DNA of 64,000 nucleotides from an uncultured Chloroflexia bacterium (GTDB lineage Bacteria; Chloroflexota; Limnocylindria; Limnocylindrales; CSP1-4), in the NCBI GenBank assembly GCA_963749705.1, contig CAVVNQ010000008.1, forward strand, positions 160,001 through 224,000. Reading direction: 5' to 3'. The notes below the pieces were generated by a model. It saw nothing but the letters and a program-made list of their open reading frames with translations. It was not told the origin of the DNA and ran no database searches. Both the position numbers and the translations under genes were made by a program. Below are positions 52,069 through 62,291 of this stretch, in pieces (the stretch's first letter is position 1; the number at the start of each line of letters is the position of its first letter).

Positions 52069-54454
52069 ATGCTCAATAATCTCCCACATCTAGCTCTACC
52101 CGTTGCCTCGCAACCAGTGGCACGGCGGCCCCGACCGGGCGGAGGTCGACCGCCGCATCTGGCCTCCCCCCGCGACCACTCGGCAGCCCTCACCGAGGAA
52201 GCTACCGCCGTCTCGGCAAGCCTGACTTCGATCGGCGACGAAGCACCCGGGGGGATCGACCCCCTCCTGGTCTTCGCATTGACCCTTGATCCGCGCGGGT
52301 CGATTGATGAATTGGCGCTCGCAGGCATGGGACTCACCCTCATCGCCGAAGATGGCGACCGGCGCCTTGTTGTGTTTCCGGACCGCGCGACACTGGACGC
52401 CTTCCGGCTTCGCATCGGGCGATATGGTGCTTCCGATGGGTTACAGAACCAAGCGATCGCATCGATTGCGTCTATCATTCCATCCGTCCTGAGGACCGTA
52501 TCGGCCCGAGGCTACATTCCGCCCGATCCCACGCGGTTGGACCGACTATGTCGATGTCGAGCTTTGGCACACGGGCTCGCGATCTCAGATGCTCGAATTG
52601 GTACAGTCCATTCGCGAAGGCGTCGGCTCGATCGCAATCACGGACCAGTATGTCGGGTCCTCAATGTGCCTCCTACGGATCCGTACGTCCGCCGAAGGAG
52701 TCGAGCAACTCAGCGCCATCGATCGAGTAAGAGAGATCGAACGGCGTCCAAGCGCGGAGTTCGAGATTACGGACATCTTCCAGACAGGCGTCGCCGACTT
52801 CGATGCACCTCAGACCCCCGCCCCTGATGCTCCCGGCATTGTCGTCATTGATAGTGGAATCGCGACAGGTCACCCGCTACTTGCGCCATTGATCGGCGAT
52901 ACGCAGGGCTTCCTGGGAACCCAGGTGCCCCAGGATGCCGACGGTGATGATCAGGGTCATGGCACAGCGTGGCAGGCATCGCAGCCTTCGGAGACGTCGG
53001 CGCTGCGATCAGCTCTCGGCGGTTCGAGTCATCGGTCTGGATGTTTGGCGCCAGAGTAACCGTCAACGGATCAGAATTCGACCCCGAACACCTCATCGAA
53101 AGTCAGCTCCGAGCGGTGGTCGAGTATTTCACCACCGCCTACCCTAACGCTAAGACGCTCAACTTCTCGATGGGCGACAAGGACCATCGATTGGACGATG
53201 CACGGGTTCAACTCAGGATTGCATCCGCCATTGACGAACTCGCATACGAGTTTCGGAGCCGGGAATTGCTATTTGTCGTACCGACTGGGAATTGGGTGCC
53301 CGGGGACGGCGAGCAAACACTCGTTGAGTATCCGGCGTACTTGCTTTCTGACGAGAACCGGCTGATTGATCCAGGTAGCAGTGCGCTCGCGGTTACCGTC
53401 GGTAGCCTGAGTTACGGTGAGGGGGAGCCGCTACAACGGGCATTTACAGATCGCGGTGTTGCCGATCGGATGTGGCCGTCACCCTTTACCCGACGGGGCC
53501 CGGGAATTGGTGGATCGCTAAAGCCCGACTTCGTTGAATGTGGTGGCGACTTGCGAATCACGCGTGGGCGTGTAGCGACTGAGCCATCCGTCAACGGCGT
53601 GCCGACGACATCGAACGAGTTTGCGCCACCGGACAGCCGTCTGTTCCGGACGGTGGCTGGCACAAGCTACGCGGCTCCGGCGGTCGCCAACACCATCGCT
53701 CGAGTGCGAGCGGCGCTTCCGGGTGCCTCGTCCAATCTGGTGCGCGCGCTGCTCGCGACCAGCAGTCGCGTTCCCAGTGACCGGCCTTTACAGTTTCGTG
53801 ACCTGCCAACGCACCACGACTCGATACTCAATGTCTACGGTGCTGGGCGGCCCGATGCCACCGCAGCGATCGCCTCGGCGCCGAACGACGTTGTCCTTGC
53901 CGTCGACGACGTTATGGAGTTGGATACCGTACGGGTCTATGCGGTTCCCGGATTGCCAAGCTCGTTCCTCGAGGCTCGCGGGACCGGCGAATTGCGCGTG
54001 GCTCTGGCGTTCGACCCACCAACCCGCCACACGCGTAGACGCAATTACTGTGGCGTTGCGATGCAATTTGCGATGTACCGCAATGTCCACGTTTCTGAAC
54101 TCGTCGAAGCGGTGAGGGCTTGGAGCCGCGAGGAACGGGAGGAACTGGAGGGTTCAGACCTTCCTGGATTGGCGGACCTCAGCAATAGGCGGGTCGAGCT
54201 GCTGCCCGGTCCCCGTCGACGGAACAACTCCATCCCTTCAGGTCGCATCCAAGACCATTCGTACGCGAGCGTGGCGATACGACGGCGAGGCTTTGCTCTT
54301 GGCGGTCGTTTGTCAGCGGCGCTGGGCAACCGATGTGGAGACACAGCGTTTTGCGGTCGCCGCTTCGGTACGGCACGAGAACGAGGATGTTGATATCTAC
54401 GCTCATCTCAGGGCCCGAACGACGGTACTCGAGCGCATCAGGGTGCGTAGCTAG
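52069..54454 (+). CDS. ietS: S8 subtilisin-like protease, IetS/Y4bN-like; about four apparent frameshifts
   Basis: Catalytic triad 'VVIDSG', 'GHGTA', 'GTSYAAP'; 'SPFTRRGPG', 'KPDFVECGG'; frame breaks near 52480, 52530, 52965, 54235. Confidence 0.78.
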
Positions 54455-54593
54455 CAGGAGGGAGGGGCGCGCCACGTCTCGGCTCGGGGCGTCAACGCGG
54501 CGTACAGGGGACATTTCTGCCCTTGCAGGAGGCGAGCTCTGGCCCAGCAAGTGGGGCGCGCCAGTGTCCCGGGATCATCCTGCGCAGGGACGG

Positions 54594-55977
54594 TCACCCT
54601 TCCGGGAGCGAGGCATCCCCGAACGTGCGCTCGGCGGGCGAGGAGAACGGCGGCGGCTCCGGCGTGGCTTCGTCAGAGGGCTCGCCGGCGACCGGGAGTC
54701 GAGGCGCCGATGCGGACCAAGCGCGGAGCTGCTGCACGGTCGTCCGGTAGAACTCGGAGGCTTGGTTCTTCGACTCCAGGACGAATGAGCCGGCCCCTCG
54801 CCCGCGCTTCACCCCGAGCTCCTTCGCCTGGGCGATCCGGAACACCTTGGGATCTCGCTTCGGATCGGAGGGCAGGAGCAGCTTCTCCGGCTTGTCCCGA
54901 ACGTCCTTGAGGATCGCTGAGACAGTGTCCTTGGCATTCGGGTAGCGAACCCTGACGCGCGTGGCGTCCGGGGCGTCCTTCAATTGGCGGAGGAGCCAGC
55001 TGATGCGCGTCTTCGTTCGCCCTTCGCGTGGCGCGGCGACTTCGACGGCCGTTGTGAACAGGCGAGTGCGGAGATCCGCCTCAAGCTCGATTGGCGCGAC
55101 GGCACCCGGAACGCGAATGGCGGCGGTCAGCTTGCCAGCGTCAACAAGCGCCCGAATGCCGGCGTCGATGCGTGCTGCAGGATCGAGCTTCTTCGGCCAC
55201 AGCGGCACGACCTCCTCGCCGAGATCCTGTGTCAGGCCAAGACTCAGGTACTCGACGAACTGCTCCCACCGGGCGACGACCTGTCGGACGCCAGGATCGG
55301 CTGCCCGTAGCATCTTGGTGCGGGCGCCATCGCGCACGGCAACCCTCTTTTCGCCGATGTCGTCGAAGCCACCGGCGCCGGCTCGTTCGTGATCCAGGTA
55401 GGCGATGAGCTCGCCCAGGATCCATGCTTGATCGGGATCTGAGATCCCGCGATGCTTGTGCTGGACTCGGGCGGTGGTCATCACCTGCCACCAGGAAAGA
55501 TGGCGAAGCGCGACCCTCCTGAGCCGCCGCGCGTCGACCGTGATCGGAACCTCAGTCGGCGAGGCCGTGATCTGGTTCGAGATCGTCAGCACCGCGTCGA
55601 ACCCATTGGTTCGGGCTAGGTCCACATATCGGGTGACCTGCTCGGCCCGCAGCTCGGCCCCGCCCGTCTTGACCTCGACAAGGCAGACCCAGCGCTTCTT
55701 GCCCCACTCCACGATGACCGCACCGTCCGGAATGGAGAGCTTGCCGTTCTCCTCGGGGAACCGGACTTCGGTGAACGTCGAGACGCGCCCGGTCGGCGCA
55801 CCCGCAAGGGTCAGGATCGCCCGGCCGAACTGCGGGACTGCCTTCATCACCGCAAGGAGCGAAGACGTCGCGCGCTGCTCCTGTTCGTCCTGACCGCCAA
55901 TCCCTGTGGTCGGAATGAGCCTCGCCGTGCGCCACGCATCCTCAGGCTTCGAATTCGGCGAGCTTCGCGGCAGCCAT
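54594..55977 (-). CDS. PD-(D/E)XK nuclease-family protein (TerD-associated 'stress response' type); apparent frameshift near 55945
   Basis: 'ARLIPTTGIGGQDEQEQRATS', 'FTEVRF', 'PDGAV...CLVEVKTG', 'LTISNQ'; GAGGGG RBS before ATG 55977. Confidence 0.75.
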
Positions 55978-56083
55978 GACGGTCCCCCTCTTCAAGACGG
56001 TGCTTTCGATGATAGTCACCGCGAGGAGGAGCGGCGTTCGCATCTGGCTGGCAGACCTAGACCGCAGTTAAGCGAATTGGTCA

Positions 56084-56884
56084 TCACTCAGTCTCGGTGC
56101 CCAGCACCAGCACTCCGACGGGCTCGGCCTTGCCCTTGAGGTCGAGGTCGCGACGCTCGAGCGCGTCGAGGGTCGGGCGGCCGAGGTTCGCCGCTTCTGC
56201 CGCATCGACCGTGACCAGGAGCTCGCCGGCGGCAGCCGCTGAGGCCAGCCGGGCGGCGACGTTGACCACGTCGCCAAGTGCCGTGAACGTGGTTGCCGGC
56301 GGGTCCGCGAGCGATCCCACGAAGGCCACGCCCGTGTGGACGCCGACGCCGATCGGGATCCATGGGCCGCCGGGCTCGCCGTGGCCCGTCGCCCGCAGCA
56401 GGTCGCGGCCGGTCTCGAGCGCGCGTTGTGCGTGGCGCTCGCCGGTCAGCGCCGGGAGGAAGATCGCCATCACCTCGTCGCCCACGAACTTGTCGAGGAT
56501 CGCGTCATGGCGAAAGAGCACCTCGGCAGCGGTCGAGTAGAAGCGCTGCATCAGGTGCCGGAAGGCGGTGGGCGTCGTCTGCTCGGCCAGGGATGTCGAT
56601 CCCCGGACGTCGGCGAACAGGAGGCTGCACGGGATCTCCGCGCCGCCGCGGTGCTGGTCGAGGACCGAGAAGCAGCGCGTGCAGTAGTTCGGGTTCTTGT
56701 CCCAGCGCCGGCTGCCCATGAGCCGCGCGAGCGGCGAGCCGATGCCGCCGAACGGCGCGCCGCAGAAGTGGCACCGCGGACCGCCGGGCATGCGGCGCAT
56801 GATCTTCGAGAAGCGGATGAAATCGGGATCCGTGCCCAGCAGGACGGCCCGCCACTTGGGCTCGGTCGGAGCGTTCGACGTCAC
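56084..56884 (-). CDS. Class III adenylate cyclase with N-terminal CxxC..CxxC Zn finger
   Basis: 'CHFC', 'CTRC', 'LFADVRGST', 'DKFVGDE', 'GVGVHTG', 'TALGDVVNVAARL'. Confidence 0.88.
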   Translation of the reverse strand: MTSNAPTEPKWRAVLLGTDPDFIRFSKIMRRMPGGPRCHFCGAPFGGIGSPLARLMGSRRWDKNPNYCTRCFSVLDQHRGGAEIPCSLLFADVRGSTSLAEQTTPTAFRHLMQRFYSTAAEVLFRHDAILDKFVGDEVMAIFLPALTGERHAQRALETGRDLLRATGHGEPGGPWIPIGVGVHTGVAFVGSLADPPATTFTALGDVVNVAARLASAAAAGELLVTVDAAEAANLGRPTLDALERRDLDLKGKAEPVGVLVLGTETE

Positions 56885-56888
56885 GACG

Positions 56889-57146
56889 CTACCCGCGCCC
56901 GGTCGTCTGGCCATCGTGCTCGCCAGCCGGCGGTGGCACGGCCCCCAGCCGGGCTGCGTCGCGCATCCCCGCCTCGAGCGCCGCGATCGGCTCGTCGAGC
57001 GCCGCGATCGTCCGCTTGTCGAGCGGCAGCGACGCCAGCCACGCGCGCATCCGGGCAGCCTCCGCGGCGCGATCGAGCGCATCGTCGCGCTCCCGGAACG
57101 CGTCGCGTGCCGCGCTCGCGATCCACTCCTGGGCCATGTACGCCAT
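56889..57146 (-). CDS. Small hypothetical helical protein
   Basis: Fills the gap tightly between co-oriented genes (3-4 bp spacing). Confidence 0.5.
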   Translation of the reverse strand: MAYMAQEWIASAARDAFRERDDALDRAAEAARMRAWLASLPLDKRTIAALDEPIAALEAGMRDAARLGAVPPPAGEHDGQTTGRG

Positions 57147-57149
57147 GCC

Positions 57150-57993
57150 TCAGCCCCCGGTGCGGGGCGACCCGGTGGCCGCGGTCAGGGGCGACCCGGC
57201 GGCCGCCGCCAGGCGTTCCAGCGTGGCGCGCTCGAAGAAGGCGCCGTCCACGTAGCACCAGATCCACCCCTCCCTGAGGCGGATCGAGCGCATCAGCGCG
57301 TGCCCCGTTGCCTCGGAGTGGGCGCGGAGGTGGCGGTTGAGCGAGGTGTCGCAGCAGCCGACGGCACCGCACACCAGGCACATCCGCAGGGCCGGCCAGT
57401 AGCTGCCCATCTCGACGCACTCGGCGCACACGGCGGTCGATCGGCTCGAACACGCGGGCATCGCCCAGGTGGCTGCACGGCTTGTCGGCCGCCTGCCCGG
57501 CAAACCCGAGCTTGAGCAGGAACTCCGGCGGCGCGATCGGGTCCCTGGGCTCGAGGTGCATCGCGTCCGCGGGTGGGATGACGCCCACCGCGCGCAGCGC
57601 GGCGATCGCGGCCGGGGGCGGATCGTCGCCCTGGACCAGCCAGCCTCGGTCCGTCGGGCGGAACCGGAGCGCGAGCTCGATCCGGACCGGCTTGCCAGTC
57701 GGCGGCGAGCCCCAGAGCTCGCGGGTGAACGTCCCGGTTGCGACGGCGCGGACGCCGACCTCCCGGGGGGCTGCCGCTTCGATCTCGCGTCCCTCGACCT
57801 CGATCCGGAGGTCCGGCATGGCTGCCCGAACGTCCGGGAGCAGGTCCAGCCAGCGATCGGCCTGGGACGGCTCGCCCGGTGCCCGGGTATGGCCGTAGTA
57901 GTCCTCGGCGAGGAACGACCGGATGGCGGCGTCGTCGCCGGCCATCAACGCGTGTGCAAAGGTAACGATGTCAGCGAGCGACCCAGCGGTCAT
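57150..57993 (-). CDS. SnoaL-like (NTF2) domain fused to a UBP-type Zn finger; apparent frameshift near 57440
   Basis: 'VRAAMPDLRIEV', 'ATGTFTRELWGSPPTGKPVRI'; 'CSHL', then 'CAEC...LRMCLVCGAVGCCDTSLNRHLRAH...WIWCYVD' in a second frame. Confidence 0.75.
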
Positions 57994-58109
57994 GGACGGC
58001 GGTCTCCGATCGCGCGCCGATGCTCGGGGCAGGCGGCCGTGAAGACGGCGGCGCTCGCGCATCGTACTGTGCCGCGCGGTTGGCCGGGAGCGTGCCGGAT
58101 CGCGGGGCT

Positions 58110-58769
58110 TCAGCCCCCCGTGCCGGTGGCGTCCACGACCTCGCTCACCTCCAGCACGATCGGTCCGAGGATGGCCTCCAGGCGCTCGGCGGACAGCCCG
58201 ACCACCTTGAGGAACACGTTCCGGGTCTCGGGCGCCACCGCGCCGTACGTGCACATCGCGCTCACCGATCCACCGGCCTCGGCGACGGCGCCGGTGACCT
58301 TGGCGAGCGCGCCCGGCCGGTCGGACACGGTCATCGTGACCCGGGCGCCCGGCTCGTGCGCGCCAAGCAGCTCGGCGAACACCCGGAAGATGTCGGACTC
58401 CGTGATCACGCCCACCACCTTGCCGCCGTCGACCACCGGCAACCCGCCGATCTTGCGGTCGAGCATGAGCTGGGCGGCATCCTCGATCGGCGTCTCCGGC
58501 CCGACCGTGAGCACGGCGCGCGTCATCACCTCGGCAACGGTCAGCCGGCCGAGGAGGTAGGTGATCTCCCACACGCTGAGGCTGGTCGCCGGCGACGGGG
58601 CCGCGTGCAGGAGGTCCTTGTCCGACACGATCCCGACCAGGTGTCCCTTCGCGTCCACGACGGGGAGGCGGCGGATGTGCTGCTCCTGCATCGTGCGAAG
58701 CGCCTCGCTGACCGGCGTCTCGGGCGCAGCGACCCGCGGCGGCGTGGACATGGAGTTGCCGACCAGCAT
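58110..58769 (-). CDS. CBS-pair plus ACT domain protein (AcuB-like)
   Basis: 'IRRLPVVD', 'SPATSLSVWEI', 'IGGLPVV', 'GVITESDIF', 'DRPGALAKV'. Confidence 0.9.
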   Translation of the reverse strand: MLVGNSMSTPPRVAAPETPVSEALRTMQEQHIRRLPVVDAKGHLVGIVSDKDLLHAAPSPATSLSVWEITYLLGRLTVAEVMTRAVLTVGPETPIEDAAQLMLDRKIGGLPVVDGGKVVGVITESDIFRVFAELLGAHEPGARVTMTVSDRPGALAKVTGAVAEAGGSVSAMCTYGAVAPETRNVFLKVVGLSAERLEAILGPIVLEVSEVVDATGTGG

Positions 58770-58783
58770 CACAATTCCTCCAG

Positions 58784-59005
58784 CTACAACCCCAGGTACG
58801 CGCGCTGGACGTCGGCGTTGCCGGCGATGTCGCCGGCTGGTCCACTCAGGACCGTGCGCCCCTGGCTGAGTACATGTGCATTGTCGCTCACCGCGAGCGC
58901 CAGCCGAACGTTCTGCTCCACGAGCAGCATGGTCAGGCCGTCGCGTGGCAGCTGCTGGGGCGACTCGAACAGGTTGATGGTGAGCAGCGGCGACCATAGA
59001 CGGCG
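58784..59005 (-). pseudogene. livF: 3' remnant of a branched-chain amino acid ABC ATPase (LivF)
   Basis: 'GLTMLLVEQNVRLALAVSDNAHVLSQGRTVLSG...NADVQRAYLGL*'; no Walker A or B, 5' part absent. Confidence 0.75.
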
Positions 59006-59025
59006 GCCTTACCATCGGCAGCAGG

Positions 59026-60147
59026 ATGCCGTCCCTTGACGTCGCCGGGCTGCGCGCGTACCGGCCCCACTCGGCCGAGGAGATCCGCTTTGTCCGCGGC
59101 CACGGTGGGGTCCGGATTGCGTATGCGGTGCATGGAAGCGGGCCGCCGCTCATCGTCGTGTCGTGCTGGCTGAGCCACCTCCAGCACGACTGGGAGAGCC
59201 CGGTCTGGCGGCACTTCCTCGAGGGCCTTGGCTCGTTCTCGAGGCTGGTCCGCTTCGACGAGCGCGGCTTCGGCATGTCGGAGCGGAACATCACCGACTT
59301 CTCGCTCGACGCTCGCCTGGGTGACCTCGAGGCGGTCGTCGAGGAGCTCGGCTATGCCCGGTTTGCGCTCCTCGGCATGTCCCACGGCTCCGGCGTGGCG
59401 ATGGCATATGCCGCTCGTCACCCGGACCGCGTGACTCGTCTCGTCCTGTACGGGACGGTGTGCGGAGAGGCACGCAATTTCACTGGCGAGGCGGCGATCG
59501 AGGAGGAGACCAACCGCGGCATGATCCGGATCGGCTGGGCCAGGGAGGATCCACGCTTCCGGCGTTTCTTCACGCAGGCGTACATCCCCGACGCGACGGA
59601 AGAGCAGATGCGCTGGTTCGACGAGCTGCAGCGAGTGTCGACGTCGAGCGACAACTACCTCGCAGCGCGCGAAACGAGGCTTAGCGAGGACATCACCGAT
59701 GAGCTCAAGCGGATCACTGCACCGACCTTGATCATGCACGCCGTCGGCGATCGACAGATGACCTTCGAGAACGCGACGATGGTGGCGGCGCTCGTCCAGG
59801 ACGCACGGGTCGTCCCACTCGACAGCCAGAATCACATCCTGTTGGGAGACGAGCCCGCATGGGCGCAGTTCGTGGCCGAGGCTCGCGCGTTTCTCGAGCC
59901 CGATCGCATCGCGATGGTTGCCGTGGGCCATGACCCGGACCTCGTGGGCACCCTGTCCGCTCGCGAGCTGGAGGTCCTTCGCCTGGCGGCCGGCGGGCAG
60001 CCGAATGCCGACATCGCGGTGACGCTCGGACTGAGCATCCGGACGATCGAGCGCCATCTATCGAATGCCTACGGCAAGCTCGGCCTGACCGGCCCGGCGG
60101 CCCGGACGGCGGCCGTGGCGCAGCTCCTGCGAGCGCGGCTCGCCTGA
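59026..60147 (+). CDS. Alpha/beta-hydrolase fold fused to a LuxR HTH regulator
   Basis: 'RIAYAVHGSGPPL', 'DERGFGMS', GMSHG nucleophile motif; 'LSARELEVLRLAAGG..NADIA..LGLSIRTIERHLSNAYGKLG'. Confidence 0.92.
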   Translation: MPSLDVAGLRAYRPHSAEEIRFVRGHGGVRIAYAVHGSGPPLIVVSCWLSHLQHDWESPVWRHFLEGLGSFSRLVRFDERGFGMSERNITDFSLDARLGDLEAVVEELGYARFALLGMSHGSGVAMAYAARHPDRVTRLVLYGTVCGEARNFTGEAAIEEETNRGMIRIGWAREDPRFRRFFTQAYIPDATEEQMRWFDELQRVSTSSDNYLAARETRLSEDITDELKRITAPTLIMHAVGDRQMTFENATMVAALVQDARVVPLDSQNHILLGDEPAWAQFVAEARAFLEPDRIAMVAVGHDPDLVGTLSARELEVLRLAAGGQPNADIAVTLGLSIRTIERHLSNAYGKLGLTGPAARTAAVAQLLRARLA

Positions 60148-60296
60148 TCCGGGCGTGGCGCCGTACGTGGGCGCCGCCATCACCGTTCATCCCGACCCGC
60201 CGCGATTGCGTGTCGGCGCGGTTCCCGTTCAGGGTGTGGCACTCGATCATCCCCGCTGACGTACGCACACCCAATGTGCCGTCAGCAGGAGCATGA

Positions 60297-61016
60297 ATGC
60301 AGCTCGACACGGTGTCCACGATCGGGGATCCATTCGCCAACGCGGAAGCCAACGCCTGCCGCATCGACCCGGTCCAACGACCGGGAACACGGCCGGCAAT
60401 CCACATCACCAGCGCGCCACCGACCTTGGAGGCTTTCATCGACAGCCTCTCGGCACGAGACTTCGAAAGGCTCGCGGCGTGTCTTGGTCCGGAGGCTCGC
60501 CTCCGTGCGCTGGTTCCGGCCGGCGCCGGGCAGTCTCTGGGCCGCGCCGCGGTCGTCGGCCAGTTCGCCGGCTGGTTCGGTGACGCCACGAGGTTTGACC
60601 TGTTCGAGCGGCGGATCGCGGCCGCGACGGATCGGTGGCTCATGTCCTACCGCATCGACCTCGACGAGGCCGGTGGTCGATACGCCATCGACCAGCACCT
60701 GTTCTGCGACCTCAGGGACGAGGCGATCGATCGCATCGACCTCCTGTGCTCCGGCTTCCGACGGGTCCGGATCTCCGACGACGACGATGTCCACCACTAC
60801 GACGCCGGGACGCTCGGCTGCGCCGATGGGCTGGCGGATGCCTTCCGGGCCCGCCTTGCCCAGGTCCCGGTGGGCGAATCGCTCGTCGTGATCGCCCGGG
60901 ACCCGGCTGCGAGAGAGGACCTCCCATCGCTGGCGAGGCTGCTCGGCAACCGCGTGCTATCGGTCACCACCAAGGACGACGGACACCTCGAGATGACAGT
61001 GGAGCGAGCACGATGA
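60297..61016 (+). CDS. SnoaL/NTF2-like domain fused to a TusA/SirA-like sulfur carrier
   Basis: NTF2-like N-terminal part ending 'IDLLCSGF'; C-terminal 'YDAGTLGCADG...VGESLVVIARDPAAREDLPSLARLLGNRVL'; start uncertain. Confidence 0.72.
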   Translation: MQLDTVSTIGDPFANAEANACRIDPVQRPGTRPAIHITSAPPTLEAFIDSLSARDFERLAACLGPEARLRALVPAGAGQSLGRAAVVGQFAGWFGDATRFDLFERRIAAATDRWLMSYRIDLDEAGGRYAIDQHLFCDLRDEAIDRIDLLCSGFRRVRISDDDDVHHYDAGTLGCADGLADAFRARLAQVPVGESLVVIARDPAAREDLPSLARLLGNRVLSVTTKDDGHLEMTVERAR

Positions 61017-61378
61017 GCCAGAAGCTGATCTTCAACTGCACCTACGGCAAGGAGCACGCGGAGCGCGCCACCTTGCCGTTCGTCGCCGCCAACATCGCCG
61101 CTGTGGCGGGCCAGGATTCCGTGGTGCTGTGCACCATCGAGGGCGTCTGGCTGGGCGCGCGTGGAGGACTTGCCGGCGTCGTGGCGGACGGTCTGCCTGT
61201 CCTGGCCGACCTGTTCCGCGACTTCATCGCCAATGGCGGCCAGGTCTGGTTGTGCGGGGCGTGCACCAAGCCGCGTGGGATCGGCGAGGACCAGCTCGCC
61301 GACGGCGTGACGATCGTCGGTGCGGCTCGTGTGGTCGAGGAGATCGTCAACGGGGCCAGGACGGTGGCGTTCGCCTGA
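61013..61378 (+). CDS. DsrE/DsrF-family protein
   Basis: 'ERATLPFVAAN', 'TIEGV', 'GGQVWLCGACTKPRGI'; ATGA overlap with the upstream gene. Confidence 0.85.
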   Translation: MSQKLIFNCTYGKEHAERATLPFVAANIAAVAGQDSVVLCTIEGVWLGARGGLAGVVADGLPVLADLFRDFIANGGQVWLCGACTKPRGIGEDQLADGVTIVGAARVVEEIVNGARTVAFA

Positions 61379-61485
61379 CGCCGGGGCTGCCGTGTCGAGC
61401 GGTGCAGGCAACCGGATCGGGGCTTGCGCGCCACGGCCCGGACCGCAGACAGTGGACACGACGTGCAACACCCCGTGTCCGCTCG

Positions 61486-62073
61486 ATGACCCAGCTCCTC
61501 GCGCTCATCGGCTTCTCGCTGGTGAGCTCGATCACGCCCGGGCCGAACAACGTCCTGCTGTGGGCGTCCGGTGCGGCGTTCGGGTTCCGCCGGACGTTGC
61601 CGCACGTCCTGGGCACGGCGCTGGGGCTCGGCTCCATGGCACTCGCGGCCGCGGCGGGGGTCGCTGCGCTGGTGACAGCGGTGCCCATCCTCGCCGTCGT
61701 GCTGCGCGTCATCGGGTCCGCGTACCTGCTCTACCTCGCATGGCAGATCTGGCGGTCTGGCACGCTCCGGTCCGCGGTCGTCGCCCGGCCGCTCGGCGTT
61801 CGCGGGGGCGCGGCGTTCCAGCTGGTCAACCCGAAGGCGTGGGTGTTCGCGCTGGGCGCCGTGACCACCTTCCGCCCGACCGACCTGCCGATCGTGACCG
61901 GAAGCGTGCTCGTCGCCGTGGTGATGATGGCGGTGATCCTGCCCGCCGCGTCGACCTGGGCCGGTGCCGGCGGCGCGATGAGCCGGCTGCTGGCCGGTGA
62001 GCGAACTCGGCGACCGGTCACGATCGCGCTCGCCGTGACGGTCGCGCTGACCGTGGTCCTGGTCTGGGTCTAG
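61486..62073 (+). CDS. LysE/RhtB-family exporter (EamB-like)
   Basis: 'SITPGPNN', 'GSAYLLYLAW', 'FQLVNPKAW'. Confidence 0.9.
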   Translation: MTQLLALIGFSLVSSITPGPNNVLLWASGAAFGFRRTLPHVLGTALGLGSMALAAAAGVAALVTAVPILAVVLRVIGSAYLLYLAWQIWRSGTLRSAVVARPLGVRGGAAFQLVNPKAWVFALGAVTTFRPTDLPIVTGSVLVAVVMMAVILPAASTWAGAGGAMSRLLAGERTRRPVTIALAVTVALTVVLVWV

Positions 62074-62291
62074 ACCGGAGCGGGGGTTGCGACGCGGGTG
62101 TCGCTGGGCGCATCGCGGTGCCACCTGTCACCACGTCGTCCGCAAGAGGTGATGCCATCCGGGGCGCGAAAGGCGCACACTCGGGTCCACCAAGGACCTG
62201 AGCCGGAGCGGACGCCGGATCGACCACCATCGATCGGACCGCGCACCGCGACGGGAGCGGCTCGGAGGGAGCCCGCTGGAGGAGGACGACC

